IMG/VR virus record: IMGVR_UViG_3300015360_000024
Coordinates: 64,001-128,000 of that record
Length of the DNA: 64,000 nt
DNA from: a virus
Direction: 5' to 3' (one strand)
Positions 53,227 to 63,539 of the stretch are shown one piece after another. Numbering within the stretch: the first letter of the stretch is position 1; each line of letters begins with the position of its first letter. The position numbers and the translations under genes were made by a program. The notes under the pieces were generated by a model, which was not told where the DNA came from, did not search any database, and saw only the letters and a program-made list of their open reading frames with translations.

Positions 53227-56200
53227 ATGGGCCTGAATTTCCTAGGACTTGGCTTCTCTCTGGGAGCCGAAGACAAGGGCCTGGCGTCGGCGATTAAAAC
53301 GACGTCGAGCGGCCTGATGGATATCTCCAAGTCCGTCGTCGGGATTGGCCTGGCGTCCGCGAAGATGGTCTTCAAGGCCCCCGACTTTGGGCCTGCCAAG
53401 GATCTCGTGAAGACCCTGGCTGGCGACGTCAAGACGACCACGACGGCCCTTGAGGCCTATGGGGTTGCAGCCTCTAAGACCACCTCCGCTGGCCTCGCCG
53501 GATTGAACCTGACCGAGAAACAGTTCAGGAAGGCACAGGGTCTCGTTTCTAGTGTCGCCTTCTCGATGAATACAGACGTCGGCGGGGTGACGAAGTCGTT
53601 CGTTGCTCTGCAGCAGGCTGGCGTTGACGTCAACAGTAAGGGCTTCAAGAAGATGTTCGGTAGTTTTGAGGACTACCAGAAGTTTATCGAAGTCAGCGGC
53701 ACGAACACCGAAGCATTTGCTGCATCGCTTGGCGTGATGGAAAAGCAGATGGGCATGAGCGGTGACCAGATCAACGACTCCGTGAAGGCAGTCGCTGCCA
53801 TCGGCAAGAAGTTCAACATCGGACGCGAATCCATTGCCGCGATGTCGGACACGGTGAAGATCCTAAACGAGAACGCCAACAAGCTGCCCCAGAACTGGGG
53901 ACCTGACCGGATGCAGAAGTTCCTCAAGGGAACTGCAATCGTTCAGGGTGCGCTGACCAGTGTCGGTCTGACTGCCGATGAGGCAATCGCTGCTTCGAAG
54001 GGTCTGACCTCCGCCCTATTGAAGGGCGAAGAGGGCATGGCTGGTCTATATTCTGGCATTGCAAAGGATATCCCGAAGGGCATGGATATCCTGACCCAGA
54101 ATCTTGGATCGCTGCCGGACGCGTTCAAGATGATGCAGGAGAGTCCCGATCAATTCATGCTCAAGATGGGCGGGATGATCGATCAGGTCAACTCGATGAA
54201 CCTGAAGCCAGAGGCGCTGGATCGCTTCAGGCTGCAGATGGATCAGACCTTTGGTCCCGATATCATGGCTGCCTTCAATAAGAAGGGATTCGGAACGATC
54301 GGACCGGCGCTTAAGAAGGCCCAGGATCCAATCGCTGACCAGGATAAAGCCCTGCAGAACCTCTCGAAGCGCTACCAGGACGGCCGCACGCACGCGGAGC
54401 GTTTCGCCTTAGCCCAGGACAGGGTTCAAACTGAGCTAAAGAAGGTCCACGGTGTCATGAGCGACACCAAGTACCTGGCCGAGTACAACCGTCAGTCGAA
54501 GAACTTCATCGGCGACATGAAGCAACTCGCTGACAAGGGCGGCATCGTTGGCAAGGCAACGTCCATGCTCATCGATTTCAAGATGCGTGGCGTCGGTGGC
54601 GCGATTGCAGCGCACGGCAAGTGGGGCTTCGCGCTGTCTGAGGGCATGAAGGTCATGCAGCCGTTCATGGCCTACTTGCCAGCTCTGAAAGTCGCCTTCA
54701 TGGCGCTTATGAGTCCTATCGGTATGGTTGCCGCTGCGGTCGCCGGTTTGTTCTTCGTGTTCAGGGATCTCGGCAAGGGCGAGAACAGCGTCATTCGTCC
54801 GATGCTGGATAAGCTAATGGCGGAGGCTCCTGTCTTCCTCGCTAAGATCTGGGCCACGATGCAGGAGGTCTTCCAGACGGTATGGAAGGTTCTCTCCAGC
54901 GTGGACTGGGGCAAGGTGATGAAGACGGTCGGCGATGCGCTGACCAAGGTGTTCAACGTTATCTTCCAGGTGATCGACATGATCGACTGGAATAAGGTTG
55001 GCCAGGTTCTCGGTGCGATCTTGTCCAAGGCGGCGGAGGTTGCACTCATCATCCTTAGGGGTGCCATCAAGCTCGGAGAGAAGCTGCTGATGTGGCTCGA
55101 CGGCATCGACTGGGGTGCGATCGGAAAGAAGATCGGCTACTTCTTTGCGGAGCTTGGTGCGATTGCAATCGGCGCGATTATCAAGGTGGTCCAGAACCTA
55201 CCGGAGATCATGGTCAAGATCTTCCAACATGCCGTCAGTCTCATCGTGGGCGTCCTCGATGGCATTAGGGATTACCTCGTCAAGAAATTCCCTGAAGCGG
55301 CCAAGCCGATCACCTTCATCTTCGAGATGATCAAAGCAGCGGTGAAAATCGTCGGCGGTGCATTCCAGCTGGCCTGGAAGATCATCGGCGGAATCCTCAG
55401 CGGAATCTGGAGCATTCTCAAGGGCGTCTTCAGTGTCATCGGCACGATTGTTAGCGTCGTTGCCGGTGGATTGAAGGCGGCGTTCGGTCTCATCAAAGAC
55501 GCCGTTATGTTCGTCTGGGACAAGATAAAGGCCGTTGGCAGTGCCATCGGTAGTGTCGTGAGTGGAATCGGCGGCGCGATCGGAAAGGTCACCGGCTTGT
55601 TCAGCGGTATCGGTGGCGGCATTTCTGACTTCTTTAGTTCGACCAAGAAGCAGGCGGGGCAGTCGACAGCCGACATGATCGCCAAGCAAGTCGAGATGAA
55701 TAAGAAGATCACGGAAGAGGCCAAGAAGCGGAATATCGAGCTTGCCAAGCAGGGCAACGAACGAGCGATGGCCGAGGAGGGTTACGTTAGAACCACCGAA
55801 GGCCAGATCATGAAGTCGGCTGACACGATCTATAAGTACGTGCAGACGGTCAGCGGCGGCATCCAGAAGGTCTTCATGGACACCGCGAAGATGTCGAAGG
55901 CGATCGTCGGTGGCGAAGCGTTCGACTACATGAACAAGATGCAGGACGAGATTCGCGCGACGAACGAGATCGCTCAGCACAGCGCGAAGAGCGGCTCAGA
56001 TGAGTGGAACGCGAATATGGACGCGGCCATCGAATCAGCCAGCCAGGCTCACCAGGAGTACTTCAAGAAGTTCGGCGTTCGTTGGGGCATCATGTACGAC
56101 CGCAACGAGCAGCTTGCTGCCCAGTATTCTGTTGAGAACAGCATCATGGAAAAGGCCAAGTCTGTCGGCGTTGGCTATTACGCTGCGATGCAGGCAAATC

Positions 56201-57576
56201 AGACCAAGCTCGCTGAGGTTGCCGGCGCTGACATCCTGCGTCTTGAGCAGCTGATGCAGGCAGGCAAGATCACGCAGGACCAGTTCAACAAGCAGAACGA
56301 CGAAATCAATGCTCGGATGGCCAAAGATATGGTCAAGCTGGGCGAGACCACGGAGATTCTGGCCGGAAATTTCACGAAGGTTTTTGAGAAATACTCAGGG
56401 AACGCCGAGCAGATGGCGATGTTTGCAGAGCGCGCCTCGTATCAGATGGCTGCAGCATTCAAGGCGAACGGCGACGAGATCTTGACCCACCTACCGAAGG
56501 CAGCCGAGAAGTCTCGTGATGCCATGAAGTCGGCGTTTGACGAGCTTGGAGATCTCCAGGAGAGGGAGATTCGCGCTCTGATTGCTGGCGGTCAGTACAC
56601 CGGCAAGGCACTTGAAGAGCAGGTCAGGGCGACACAGAAGAAGTACTCGGACTTCCAGAAGGAGTACACGGACGCTCAGCTGAAGTACAACGACAACCTC
56701 ATTGCAGGGTCTGAGACTGGATTTCTTGAGGCCACCAAGAAGATCAAGGCGGGCCAGGACAGTCTGCTCAATGCCGTGAAGGCGAAGACGGCAGAGGCAG
56801 CAGGAGAGATTCAGAAGACATTCGGTGTCACTGGTGACGCCGCACTTGAGTCAGTGAACCAGATCGCCGCCGTCGACCCGAAGATCTTCAGGAAGAACAT
56901 GGCGGTCGTGAAGGAATCGTTCATGGGGTTCCTCAAGGAGATGGACGCCAGAGGCAGGGCGCTGCTCGACAACACAACAAAGTCGTTCAATACGCTCTGG
57001 TCGACGATGGACGAGGGTTGGAAGAAGAACAGGAAGCTGATGGAGGACTTCGGCTCCGGCGCCGACAAGTTCATGTCTGCATTCTGGAAGATGGTCGTCG
57101 ACAAGGCGGCCATTGCGACCACTCAGCTCGTGGCCATGTCGAAGGGGATTGAAACGAGCATGAAGGCGATGGCCAGGTCCATCAACCTTCTGGACCTACT
57201 CACTTCCCCGGATCAAATCACCGCATGGGCTGCGTCCGTTGTTTCAGCGCTGGCAACAGCAATGCGCGGTGGAGCAGTTGCGGATTCGCTGCTCTCGTCG
57301 TCGTACACGAAGGCGCTGGCGATGGCAGGGGAGATTCAGAAGGCCACGCCGGACGGGGCGAGCATGACGAACCCGGCGCAGACCAGCGGGGCTTCGTCTG
57401 CTGCTACGACGCTGCTGGCATCCATCAACCACCCGGCATGGACGGACAAGAAGGAATACATCCCGGCGAAGCTTGAGGAGATCAATATAAACCTGCTTAA
57501 CGCCCTCAAGGCGATGGGCGAGGTCGCACGTGGCAAGGCAGTAACCGCGCCCAAGGCGCCACAGCCGAAGCACTAA
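53227..57576 (+). CDS. tape measure protein
   Basis: 1449 aa, helical, with a central amphipathic W/G-rich repeat region; lies between chaperone and baseplate genes. Confidence 0.9.
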   Translation: MGLNFLGLGFSLGAEDKGLASAIKTTSSGLMDISKSVVGIGLASAKMVFKAPDFGPAKDLVKTLAGDVKTTTTALEAYGVAASKTTSAGLAGLNLTEKQFRKAQGLVSSVAFSMNTDVGGVTKSFVALQQAGVDVNSKGFKKMFGSFEDYQKFIEVSGTNTEAFAASLGVMEKQMGMSGDQINDSVKAVAAIGKKFNIGRESIAAMSDTVKILNENANKLPQNWGPDRMQKFLKGTAIVQGALTSVGLTADEAIAASKGLTSALLKGEEGMAGLYSGIAKDIPKGMDILTQNLGSLPDAFKMMQESPDQFMLKMGGMIDQVNSMNLKPEALDRFRLQMDQTFGPDIMAAFNKKGFGTIGPALKKAQDPIADQDKALQNLSKRYQDGRTHAERFALAQDRVQTELKKVHGVMSDTKYLAEYNRQSKNFIGDMKQLADKGGIVGKATSMLIDFKMRGVGGAIAAHGKWGFALSEGMKVMQPFMAYLPALKVAFMALMSPIGMVAAAVAGLFFVFRDLGKGENSVIRPMLDKLMAEAPVFLAKIWATMQEVFQTVWKVLSSVDWGKVMKTVGDALTKVFNVIFQVIDMIDWNKVGQVLGAILSKAAEVALIILRGAIKLGEKLLMWLDGIDWGAIGKKIGYFFAELGAIAIGAIIKVVQNLPEIMVKIFQHAVSLIVGVLDGIRDYLVKKFPEAAKPITFIFEMIKAAVKIVGGAFQLAWKIIGGILSGIWSILKGVFSVIGTIVSVVAGGLKAAFGLIKDAVMFVWDKIKAVGSAIGSVVSGIGGAIGKVTGLFSGIGGGISDFFSSTKKQAGQSTADMIAKQVEMNKKITEEAKKRNIELAKQGNERAMAEEGYVRTTEGQIMKSADTIYKYVQTVSGGIQKVFMDTAKMSKAIVGGEAFDYMNKMQDEIRATNEIAQHSAKSGSDEWNANMDAAIESASQAHQEYFKKFGVRWGIMYDRNEQLAAQYSVENSIMEKAKSVGVGYYAAMQANQTKLAEVAGADILRLEQLMQAGKITQDQFNKQNDEINARMAKDMVKLGETTEILAGNFTKVFEKYSGNAEQMAMFAERASYQMAAAFKANGDEILTHLPKAAEKSRDAMKSAFDELGDLQEREIRALIAGGQYTGKALEEQVRATQKKYSDFQKEYTDAQLKYNDNLIAGSETGFLEATKKIKAGQDSLLNAVKAKTAEAAGEIQKTFGVTGDAALESVNQIAAVDPKIFRKNMAVVKESFMGFLKEMDARGRALLDNTTKSFNTLWSTMDEGWKKNRKLMEDFGSGADKFMSAFWKMVVDKAAIATTQLVAMSKGIETSMKAMARSINLLDLLTSPDQITAWAASVVSALATAMRGGAVADSLLSSSYTKALAMAGEIQKATPDGASMTNPAQTSGASSAATTLLASINHPAWTDKKEYIPAKLEEININLLNALKAMGEVARGKAVTAPKAPQPKH

Positions 57577-57579
57577 ACC

Positions 57580-57900
57580 ATGTCAGTCGATGTCAAAAAC
57601 AGCTCCAGGCTGCAGTTCACGGACCTGCTCATCGTCAATGGCGTTGAGTTCTGGGACACGCTCGCCTTGCCTGACGCCGTGCCCAGACAGGACGACATCC
57701 AGCATATCGTCACCGGAAGCGATCGGATCGATTTGCTTGCAGATCAGTACTACCAGGACGTTGGTTTATGGTGGGTTATCGCATGGGCCAACGACCTCGA
57801 CATCCTTCCGACGGATCTCAAGGAGAACGCTCAAATCAGAATTCCATCCAAGAATTACGTGATCAATGAATTGATTCGGAAGTCTGTAAGGAGGGCCTAG
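57580..57900 (+). CDS. LysM-like baseplate protein (gp53/tail X family)
   Basis: HIVTGSDRIDLLADQYYQDVGLWWVIAWAND. Confidence 0.82.
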   Translation: MSVDVKNSSRLQFTDLLIVNGVEFWDTLALPDAVPRQDDIQHIVTGSDRIDLLADQYYQDVGLWWVIAWANDLDILPTDLKENAQIRIPSKNYVINELIRKSVRRA

Positions 57901-59409
57901 GTGGCCGTTGATTTCTTTGGCGTGCGGCTGGCGGGTAGGATTCGTCAGTTCGTTGCGGGCGACGGCCAGGGTCCCGGCAAAGTGGTTGAGCTTTGGACCG
58001 AGAATCAAAGCTCCGAGCTAACGCACGACCTTGGCGCCTTGGCGTTCGTGTCGGAGATTGATGTCAAACTGAAGATGGGAGAGAACGCCGAGATCTCTCT
58101 GGTTCTGACGCCGCCGTTCGAAGATGCCCTGACGTTCATGCAGTCCGAGTTGATCCGCTTTGGCAATGGGCGACTCGAAGTAGAACTTGGTTACACCACC
58201 GGAACTGACTCAGGTGGTGGAGAGACGTCGTTTAGTACGCTGGCGTTCTCTGGATTTCTTCAGAAGCCAGACGTTAACATTGGCTCAGATATCACAATCA
58301 CCCTGCATGGACTTGGCGTCGGCTACCAAATGAACGTGGTCGGCGGTGTTAAGTCTGAGGTGTTCCCTGATAACACGACATACGCCGACGCAGTACTGAA
58401 AACCCTGTTGAAGTACGTGACCAGTGACGGGTCGGCCAGTGGGCTAAAGGTGTCTAGGGACTCGTTGTACAAATTCGTCCCAGCCGAGAAGCAGAAGGGC
58501 GAATCTGCTGACGCGTTCTTCAAGGTTCCTCCGCCAAATACCGTGACCAGTGGTTCCAGCCAGCTGCCAGACGCTAAGGTGATTTCTGGCGTCATCAGTA
58601 AGGGCCCGCGTAACGACTGGTGGTTCGTCAAAGAGACGATCCAGAGCTTCGGATATGACCTGTTTATCCAGGGAAACGAGATCTACATCGCAACCAAGTC
58701 GCAGTGGATCGACGGCGGGATTGGGCAGGGTCGCTCACGAAAGCAATTCCTGCTGCGTGGCGTCGTAGATCCGACCAGGGATATGTATCCGATCTTGTCG
58801 TTCCAGTCGCCAACCGAAGCCGTTTGGCTCCAGCCCGGCGTTGGTAAAATGGTTGCTAGCGACGTTGACCCGAACAAGGTGGCACCTGCCGTCGATCATC
58901 AAGCGTCAGGTGACAGGACAAGCATCGCTCGCGGCAAGAAGAGTGCCGATCCGAAGGATGTTGGTGCCGTTGGCATTGATGCGAATGATATCGCATCACG
59001 TCCATTTCCTGGCGATGCGAGCGATCCAGAGATCAAGAGGAAGGTTGACGCTCATTGGACTGACATGAACATGGACGCTGGTATCCAGGGTCAGTTCACG
59101 ACGCTTGGAATTCCAAGTCTGACGCCAGGGGAAATTATCCAGGCCGACGGATTTCATCCGTTAAAAAGCGCAGGCAACCCGGAGAAGGCAATTTTCAATG
59201 GGGTCTATGGCGTGGTGGAGGTGAACCACAAGGTCGGCATTGGCGGGTGGGAGACCGCGTTCCTCGGGATCATGAATTACTTCCCAGAGGTCATCAATAA
59301 AATCGCGAAGGAACAGGCGACTAAGTCTGTGGCGAATGTGGCCAAGAGCGTCCCGATGCCTGAAGAGGACTTTCTGGGGCGGCGACGCATGTCGCCGATT
59401 AAGTACTAA
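57901..59409 (+). CDS. baseplate hub protein (gp27/late control D-like)
   Basis: SD AAGGAGG; 502 aa; LGIPSLTPGEII...GVYGVVEVNH C-terminus; synteny. Confidence 0.75.
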   Translation: MAVDFFGVRLAGRIRQFVAGDGQGPGKVVELWTENQSSELTHDLGALAFVSEIDVKLKMGENAEISLVLTPPFEDALTFMQSELIRFGNGRLEVELGYTTGTDSGGGETSFSTLAFSGFLQKPDVNIGSDITITLHGLGVGYQMNVVGGVKSEVFPDNTTYADAVLKTLLKYVTSDGSASGLKVSRDSLYKFVPAEKQKGESADAFFKVPPPNTVTSGSSQLPDAKVISGVISKGPRNDWWFVKETIQSFGYDLFIQGNEIYIATKSQWIDGGIGQGRSRKQFLLRGVVDPTRDMYPILSFQSPTEAVWLQPGVGKMVASDVDPNKVAPAVDHQASGDRTSIARGKKSADPKDVGAVGIDANDIASRPFPGDASDPEIKRKVDAHWTDMNMDAGIQGQFTTLGIPSLTPGEIIQADGFHPLKSAGNPEKAIFNGVYGVVEVNHKVGIGGWETAFLGIMNYFPEVINKIAKEQATKSVANVAKSVPMPEEDFLGRRRMSPIKY

Positions 59410-59412
59410 ACG

Positions 59413-60069
59413 ATGCCATTCTTCGAAGACAAGCTTACGGAGTTCATGGATTACCTGGTCCGGTTCGGGCTTGAGTACTATCGTCGCTACTACGGTCCGT
59501 ATCGCGCCCGTGTGATCAGTAACAAAGATCCGGAAGGCCTTGGTCGCGTCACAGTCGAGGTTCCGCGAGCAAAGCTTCACCGGCTAAACGCCAAGTGGGT
59601 CTTTCCCATGATGCACGGCGCCGGCAAGGAACACGGCGTTTTCTGGCCGCCGGAGGAGAACGATTTCGTCTTCGTGTTCTTCGATAACGGAGATCCGGAG
59701 CGTCCACTTGGCTACATGGGCGGGTGGTATGCCGAGAAGGAAGTCCACAAAGAGCTGAGCCCTGAGAGCGACGGGACCATCAAGAAGCGTGGCTTCAGAA
59801 CTCCAGGCGGCCATCTCATCGCGATGTCCGACGTTGGCGGCAAGGAGAAGATCCTCATTCGCCACAAGGATGGGACAATCGTCGAGTGGACCGACGACAA
59901 GAAGGTCAAGATCGGCAAGGAGGGCGGATCATTCGAGCCGATGATGAAGGGCAGTACTGTCAAAAAGTGGCTAGAGAGCCACACGCATCCGCACTCGTGG
60001 GGCCCCACTGGGCCGCCGATCCAGCCATTCCCTGTCAAAGGGCTTAGCGATGATGTCGAGGGGACCTGA
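59413..60069 (+). CDS. baseplate spike (gpV/gp5 OB-fold)
   Basis: YRARVISNKDPEGLGRVTV, FWPPEENDFVFVFFDNGDPERP, C-terminal HTHPH. Confidence 0.9.
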   Translation: MPFFEDKLTEFMDYLVRFGLEYYRRYYGPYRARVISNKDPEGLGRVTVEVPRAKLHRLNAKWVFPMMHGAGKEHGVFWPPEENDFVFVFFDNGDPERPLGYMGGWYAEKEVHKELSPESDGTIKKRGFRTPGGHLIAMSDVGGKEKILIRHKDGTIVEWTDDKKVKIGKEGGSFEPMMKGSTVKKWLESHTHPHSWGPTGPPIQPFPVKGLSDDVEGT

Positions 60070-60530
60070 TGGCCCTCAACGTCGGACAGCTGCGTAGCCA
60101 GATTCAGGGCGTCTTTGACCAGCGCCTGGAGAGCATTCCGCAGATCGCCAGCAAGATCGCCAGGGCGTACCAGGCCTACGCTACGGCTGCCCAGGCTCCT
60201 CCTGGCGCCCCGGTAATCCTGAAGGGGTCAGAGAGCCGCCTCCTGGAGGTTGCTCTCTCCAACCTCATGCAGGGCCGTCTGCCGGCGCCACAGGCAGCGC
60301 AGGCGCTCGGAAGCGCGATTGCGTCATTCTGGTTGGTGCCTCCTGTCACGACCGGATCTGGCGGGGTCTGCACGGCAGTCGTCCCTCAGGCGGCGGTTGC
60401 GAAGATGGCGGCAACCAAGGTATCAGCATCGTCACAGGCTGCGATGTCATTGGCTCAGGCCTTTGATCTGATGACGAGGACCGTAATCGTCACCAACCCT
60501 CCGCCGCTTCCTCCAGGACCACTGTTTTAG
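60069..60530 (+). CDS. hypothetical baseplate-region protein
   Basis: TGATG coupling; 153 aa. Confidence 0.7.
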   Translation: MALNVGQLRSQIQGVFDQRLESIPQIASKIARAYQAYATAAQAPPGAPVILKGSESRLLEVALSNLMQGRLPAPQAAQALGSAIASFWLVPPVTTGSGGVCTAVVPQAAVAKMAATKVSASSQAAMSLAQAFDLMTRTVIVTNPPPLPPGPLF

Positions 60531-60532
60531 CC

Positions 60533-60916
60533 ATGGCGAATTCACGGATCAGATCCTTCGCGTTTCCATTTCGGAAGGGGGAACTTGCGTTCCCGAAGTC
60601 CGCTACGGACACGGACGCGATCAAGGCGTCCGTGATACAGATCGTCACCACGCAACGTGGCGAGAGGGTTATGCGACCGGATTTCGGGTGCAACGCGTTC
60701 TCGTATGTGTTCGAGAATAATGGCCAGGAATTTAGAGTGAACGCAGAACGCGAGATTCGCCAGGCCCTATCCAAGTGGGAACGCAGGATCCGAGTGGACA
60801 CAGTAGAAATCACGTCCGACGATATCACTGAGCCAGGCCAGATCCTGATCGACATTTCGTACACGATTCTGTCCACCGGAGAAGTTGCGACCACGACGGT
60901 GGCTGGAGGGGTCTAA
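60533..60916 (+). CDS. baseplate wedge/sheath initiator (gp25-like)
   Basis: IKASVIQIVTTQRGERVMRPDFGC...WERRI. Confidence 0.92.
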   Translation: MANSRIRSFAFPFRKGELAFPKSATDTDAIKASVIQIVTTQRGERVMRPDFGCNAFSYVFENNGQEFRVNAEREIRQALSKWERRIRVDTVEITSDDITEPGQILIDISYTILSTGEVATTTVAGGV

Positions 60917-63081
60917 TGGCAACGAATACGCTTACACGAGTACGCTATGCAGGCCTCGATTTCGATACGCACGAGGATGAGATCCTTGCGCGACTTCAGG
61001 TCAAGTTCGCGTCGGTGTTCAACGACTTTGCGGTCTCGTCGCTCGGGATCATGCTGGTCGACATCTTCTCGTTTGGCCTGGATACCCTGTCGTTTTATCT
61101 GGATCGTCGGGCCACTGACAATTTCATGGTTACGACGCGGACGAGGTCGTCTGCTGCAAGGCTCGCGAGACAGCTCGGTTATCGTCCTGGTCCTGCCAGC
61201 GCGTCGAGCGTTGACATTGATGTGTCGCTTGGCGCCGTTTATCCATTCGCGGTGACGGTTCCTATCGGATTTCAGTTCAACGGTCCAAATGGGTTGATCT
61301 TTGAAGCACAAGAGTCGCTGGCGTTCTCGCCAGGAGATCTAACCGTCAAGACGCTCACAGCCTCGGAAGGTGAGACGTTGACCGCCGTGTTCTTCTCGAA
61401 CGCAGAGGCCAACCAGGTTTACGATGTCGGCAACGTTCCGTCTGGTAAATTCATCGTTGGCAAGGGTACGGCCGGACAATCCAGAACTCTCGTTGAGGTT
61501 GACGGCAATAACTGGGTAGAGCAGGAATTCCTCCAGTTCGGAGACACCGAGCAGTTCGAGATGGGGTACGTCGACGCTCCTCCGACTGTCCGGTTCGGTG
61601 ACGGCATTGCCGGATCGATTCCTGATAACGGCGCCGAAGTCAAGGTTACATACTTCGCTTCGACTGGCGTCAACGGTGCTGCGACGGCCGGCACGATCAC
61701 TAAGGCAACTCGTCCGCTAGTCATTAGCTTCCAGCAGATCTCCCTAGTCATCAACAATCAAGAGGGGACCAGCGGTGGCTCGGATCCAGAGTCGCTGTCC
61801 AGCATTAAGGCGAACGCGCCGGCTGTCTTCAAGAGCCGGAACGTCAACGTCACCCTGGAGGACTACGAGGCGAGGTCTCAGTCGTTCGTGGATCCTGTTT
61901 TCGGCGCGATTGCAGTTGCTAGGGCAATCAATGTTCGTGGGGCGTCGGATGATGCATTCCTGTCGTCGCTGTTGACGACGATTAATACACAGTCCGGTAG
62001 CTATGCACCAACGGTGGATGCTGCGGTTACGGCAATCCTCGCAAGCCTGGCGCTGATCGATACGTCGGTGACCGATGCCCAAACCGACGATGCGACGCTT
62101 CAATCTAGCATTGCGACGGTTGCCAGCGAGGAAGTCAACGCCAGAACTGCTACTGAGGCAAACCGCACTGCTGCGGGCGTAGCTCAGGCGAATTCGGCGT
62201 CGGTGTCTGCTGATCTTTCTTCGCTGACTGCGGCTATTAACGCGTACACGGTTGCTGGGTCTACGCAGATTACGACGACGGATAAGAACATCCTTCTTAA
62301 CCTCATCAACGCGGCTACGGCCAAGAATAACGAGGTCAGTAGCCAGGCGTCGACGGTCCTATCGAATGTCACCACGGCGACGACTGCCCTTGATGCCATC
62401 AATGCCCAGGCAGATGTGGCCGAAGCTCGTCGTGCCGCGATTCGAGTCGACGTGGATGCTATTGCTGTTCAGAGCACGGCGGTGGATACGAGCACGAACG
62501 ATCTGTCGACCGACGTGACAGCCATCGAGAACACCATAACCACATTGACCGACGAGGTTGCGACGCACGTTGATTCGTTCCTGTCTAACGAATGCAAATC
62601 GAACCTGATCGAGGTTCCCGTTCTGACGTTGGATTCCGAGGGTTTCTATGTGGTGCCAACCAACGGTCTTCAGAAGAGCCTCCAAGCGTATCTGGACGGC
62701 GCCAAGGAAGTTACCCAGGTAGTGAAGGTGACTGGCGTGAGTTCACTCCTGGTCGCGGCTGACATCAGCGTGCTCGTTGGCGTGCTGACGGGCTACAACG
62801 AGGCCACGGTTCGCTCTCAGGTTGAGGCTGCGATCTTGAATGTCCTGCGCAAGCGTGCGTTTGGAAACAAGTTGAGGTTGTCGGAGTTGTACGCGCCGGT
62901 TGCTCCAGAGTTAGACAACGTGCCGATCGAGGGCGTTGAGTACGTCAACATCGAGATCACTGGGCCGATCGATCACCTAGACGTCGACGGTGGCCTCGCG
63001 GTGTCTGAGTACGAAGTGGTAACCCGAGGGACGATCGCGGTGACGTCCGAGGTGGTCAACAAGTCGCTCGTTGGCCAGTAG
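60916..63081 (+). CDS. baseplate wedge protein (gp6/baseplate J-like) with a helical insertion
   Basis: GLDFDT, LARQLGY, VRFGDG, GGSDPESLSSIKANAP...VTLEDY, RAFGNKLRLSELY. Confidence 0.9.
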   Translation: MATNTLTRVRYAGLDFDTHEDEILARLQVKFASVFNDFAVSSLGIMLVDIFSFGLDTLSFYLDRRATDNFMVTTRTRSSAARLARQLGYRPGPASASSVDIDVSLGAVYPFAVTVPIGFQFNGPNGLIFEAQESLAFSPGDLTVKTLTASEGETLTAVFFSNAEANQVYDVGNVPSGKFIVGKGTAGQSRTLVEVDGNNWVEQEFLQFGDTEQFEMGYVDAPPTVRFGDGIAGSIPDNGAEVKVTYFASTGVNGAATAGTITKATRPLVISFQQISLVINNQEGTSGGSDPESLSSIKANAPAVFKSRNVNVTLEDYEARSQSFVDPVFGAIAVARAINVRGASDDAFLSSLLTTINTQSGSYAPTVDAAVTAILASLALIDTSVTDAQTDDATLQSSIATVASEEVNARTATEANRTAAGVAQANSASVSADLSSLTAAINAYTVAGSTQITTTDKNILLNLINAATAKNNEVSSQASTVLSNVTTATTALDAINAQADVAEARRAAIRVDVDAIAVQSTAVDTSTNDLSTDVTAIENTITTLTDEVATHVDSFLSNECKSNLIEVPVLTLDSEGFYVVPTNGLQKSLQAYLDGAKEVTQVVKVTGVSSLLVAADISVLVGVLTGYNEATVRSQVEAAILNVLRKRAFGNKLRLSELYAPVAPELDNVPIEGVEYVNIEITGPIDHLDVDGGLAVSEYEVVTRGTIAVTSEVVNKSLVGQ

Positions 63082-63090
63082 GAGTCAAAT

Positions 63091-63510
63091 ATGTCGATCT
63101 CTGGAGTTAGCTCAAACATTACAAAGAGTTCAAACTCGATCGACCTATACCAGGGCGAGTCGAAGGATCTGGATCTCCTTATCGTTCAGGAGGTCAGGGA
63201 CGTTAACGGCGTGCTCGTGGAGCAGCCAGTGGATCTGGCAGGGTCAACGATCTACCTCTCGGTTCGCAAGAAGGCGAACAGCCCAGAGCTGCTCATCAGC
63301 AAGGATTCGACGAATATCTTAGCCATTGAGATTGTCGCTCCGACGGCATCTGGCATGGCGATTATTCACCTACTTCCAGCGGACACGAAGAACCTCGCAG
63401 CTGGTGACTACGTGTTCGACATCTGGATCGTGCTCAGCAGCGGAAAAAATGCGCCTGTGGTAGAGATATCGGAATTCATTGTGAAGGAAGCTGTCACCAA
63501 GCTTCCGTAA
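63091..63510 (+). CDS. BppU-N-like beta-sandwich baseplate accessory protein
   Basis: IDLYQGES...DLAGSTIYLSVRK...HLLPADTKNL..GDYVFDIWI. Confidence 0.65.
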   Translation: MSISGVSSNITKSSNSIDLYQGESKDLDLLIVQEVRDVNGVLVEQPVDLAGSTIYLSVRKKANSPELLISKDSTNILAIEIVAPTASGMAIIHLLPADTKNLAAGDYVFDIWIVLSSGKNAPVVEISEFIVKEAVTKLP

Positions 63511-63539
63511 CCAGCGGTGAAAATACTTGCGCAGATACC

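Noticed and set aside
17274-57903. Amber (TAG) reassignment, suggested by in-frame TAG-ATG/GTG junctions at 17276, 30887 and 57900
   Set aside because: Conserved genes (terminase, portal, capsid, sheath, tape measure) are intact in code 11, and the downstream genes have their own SD sites
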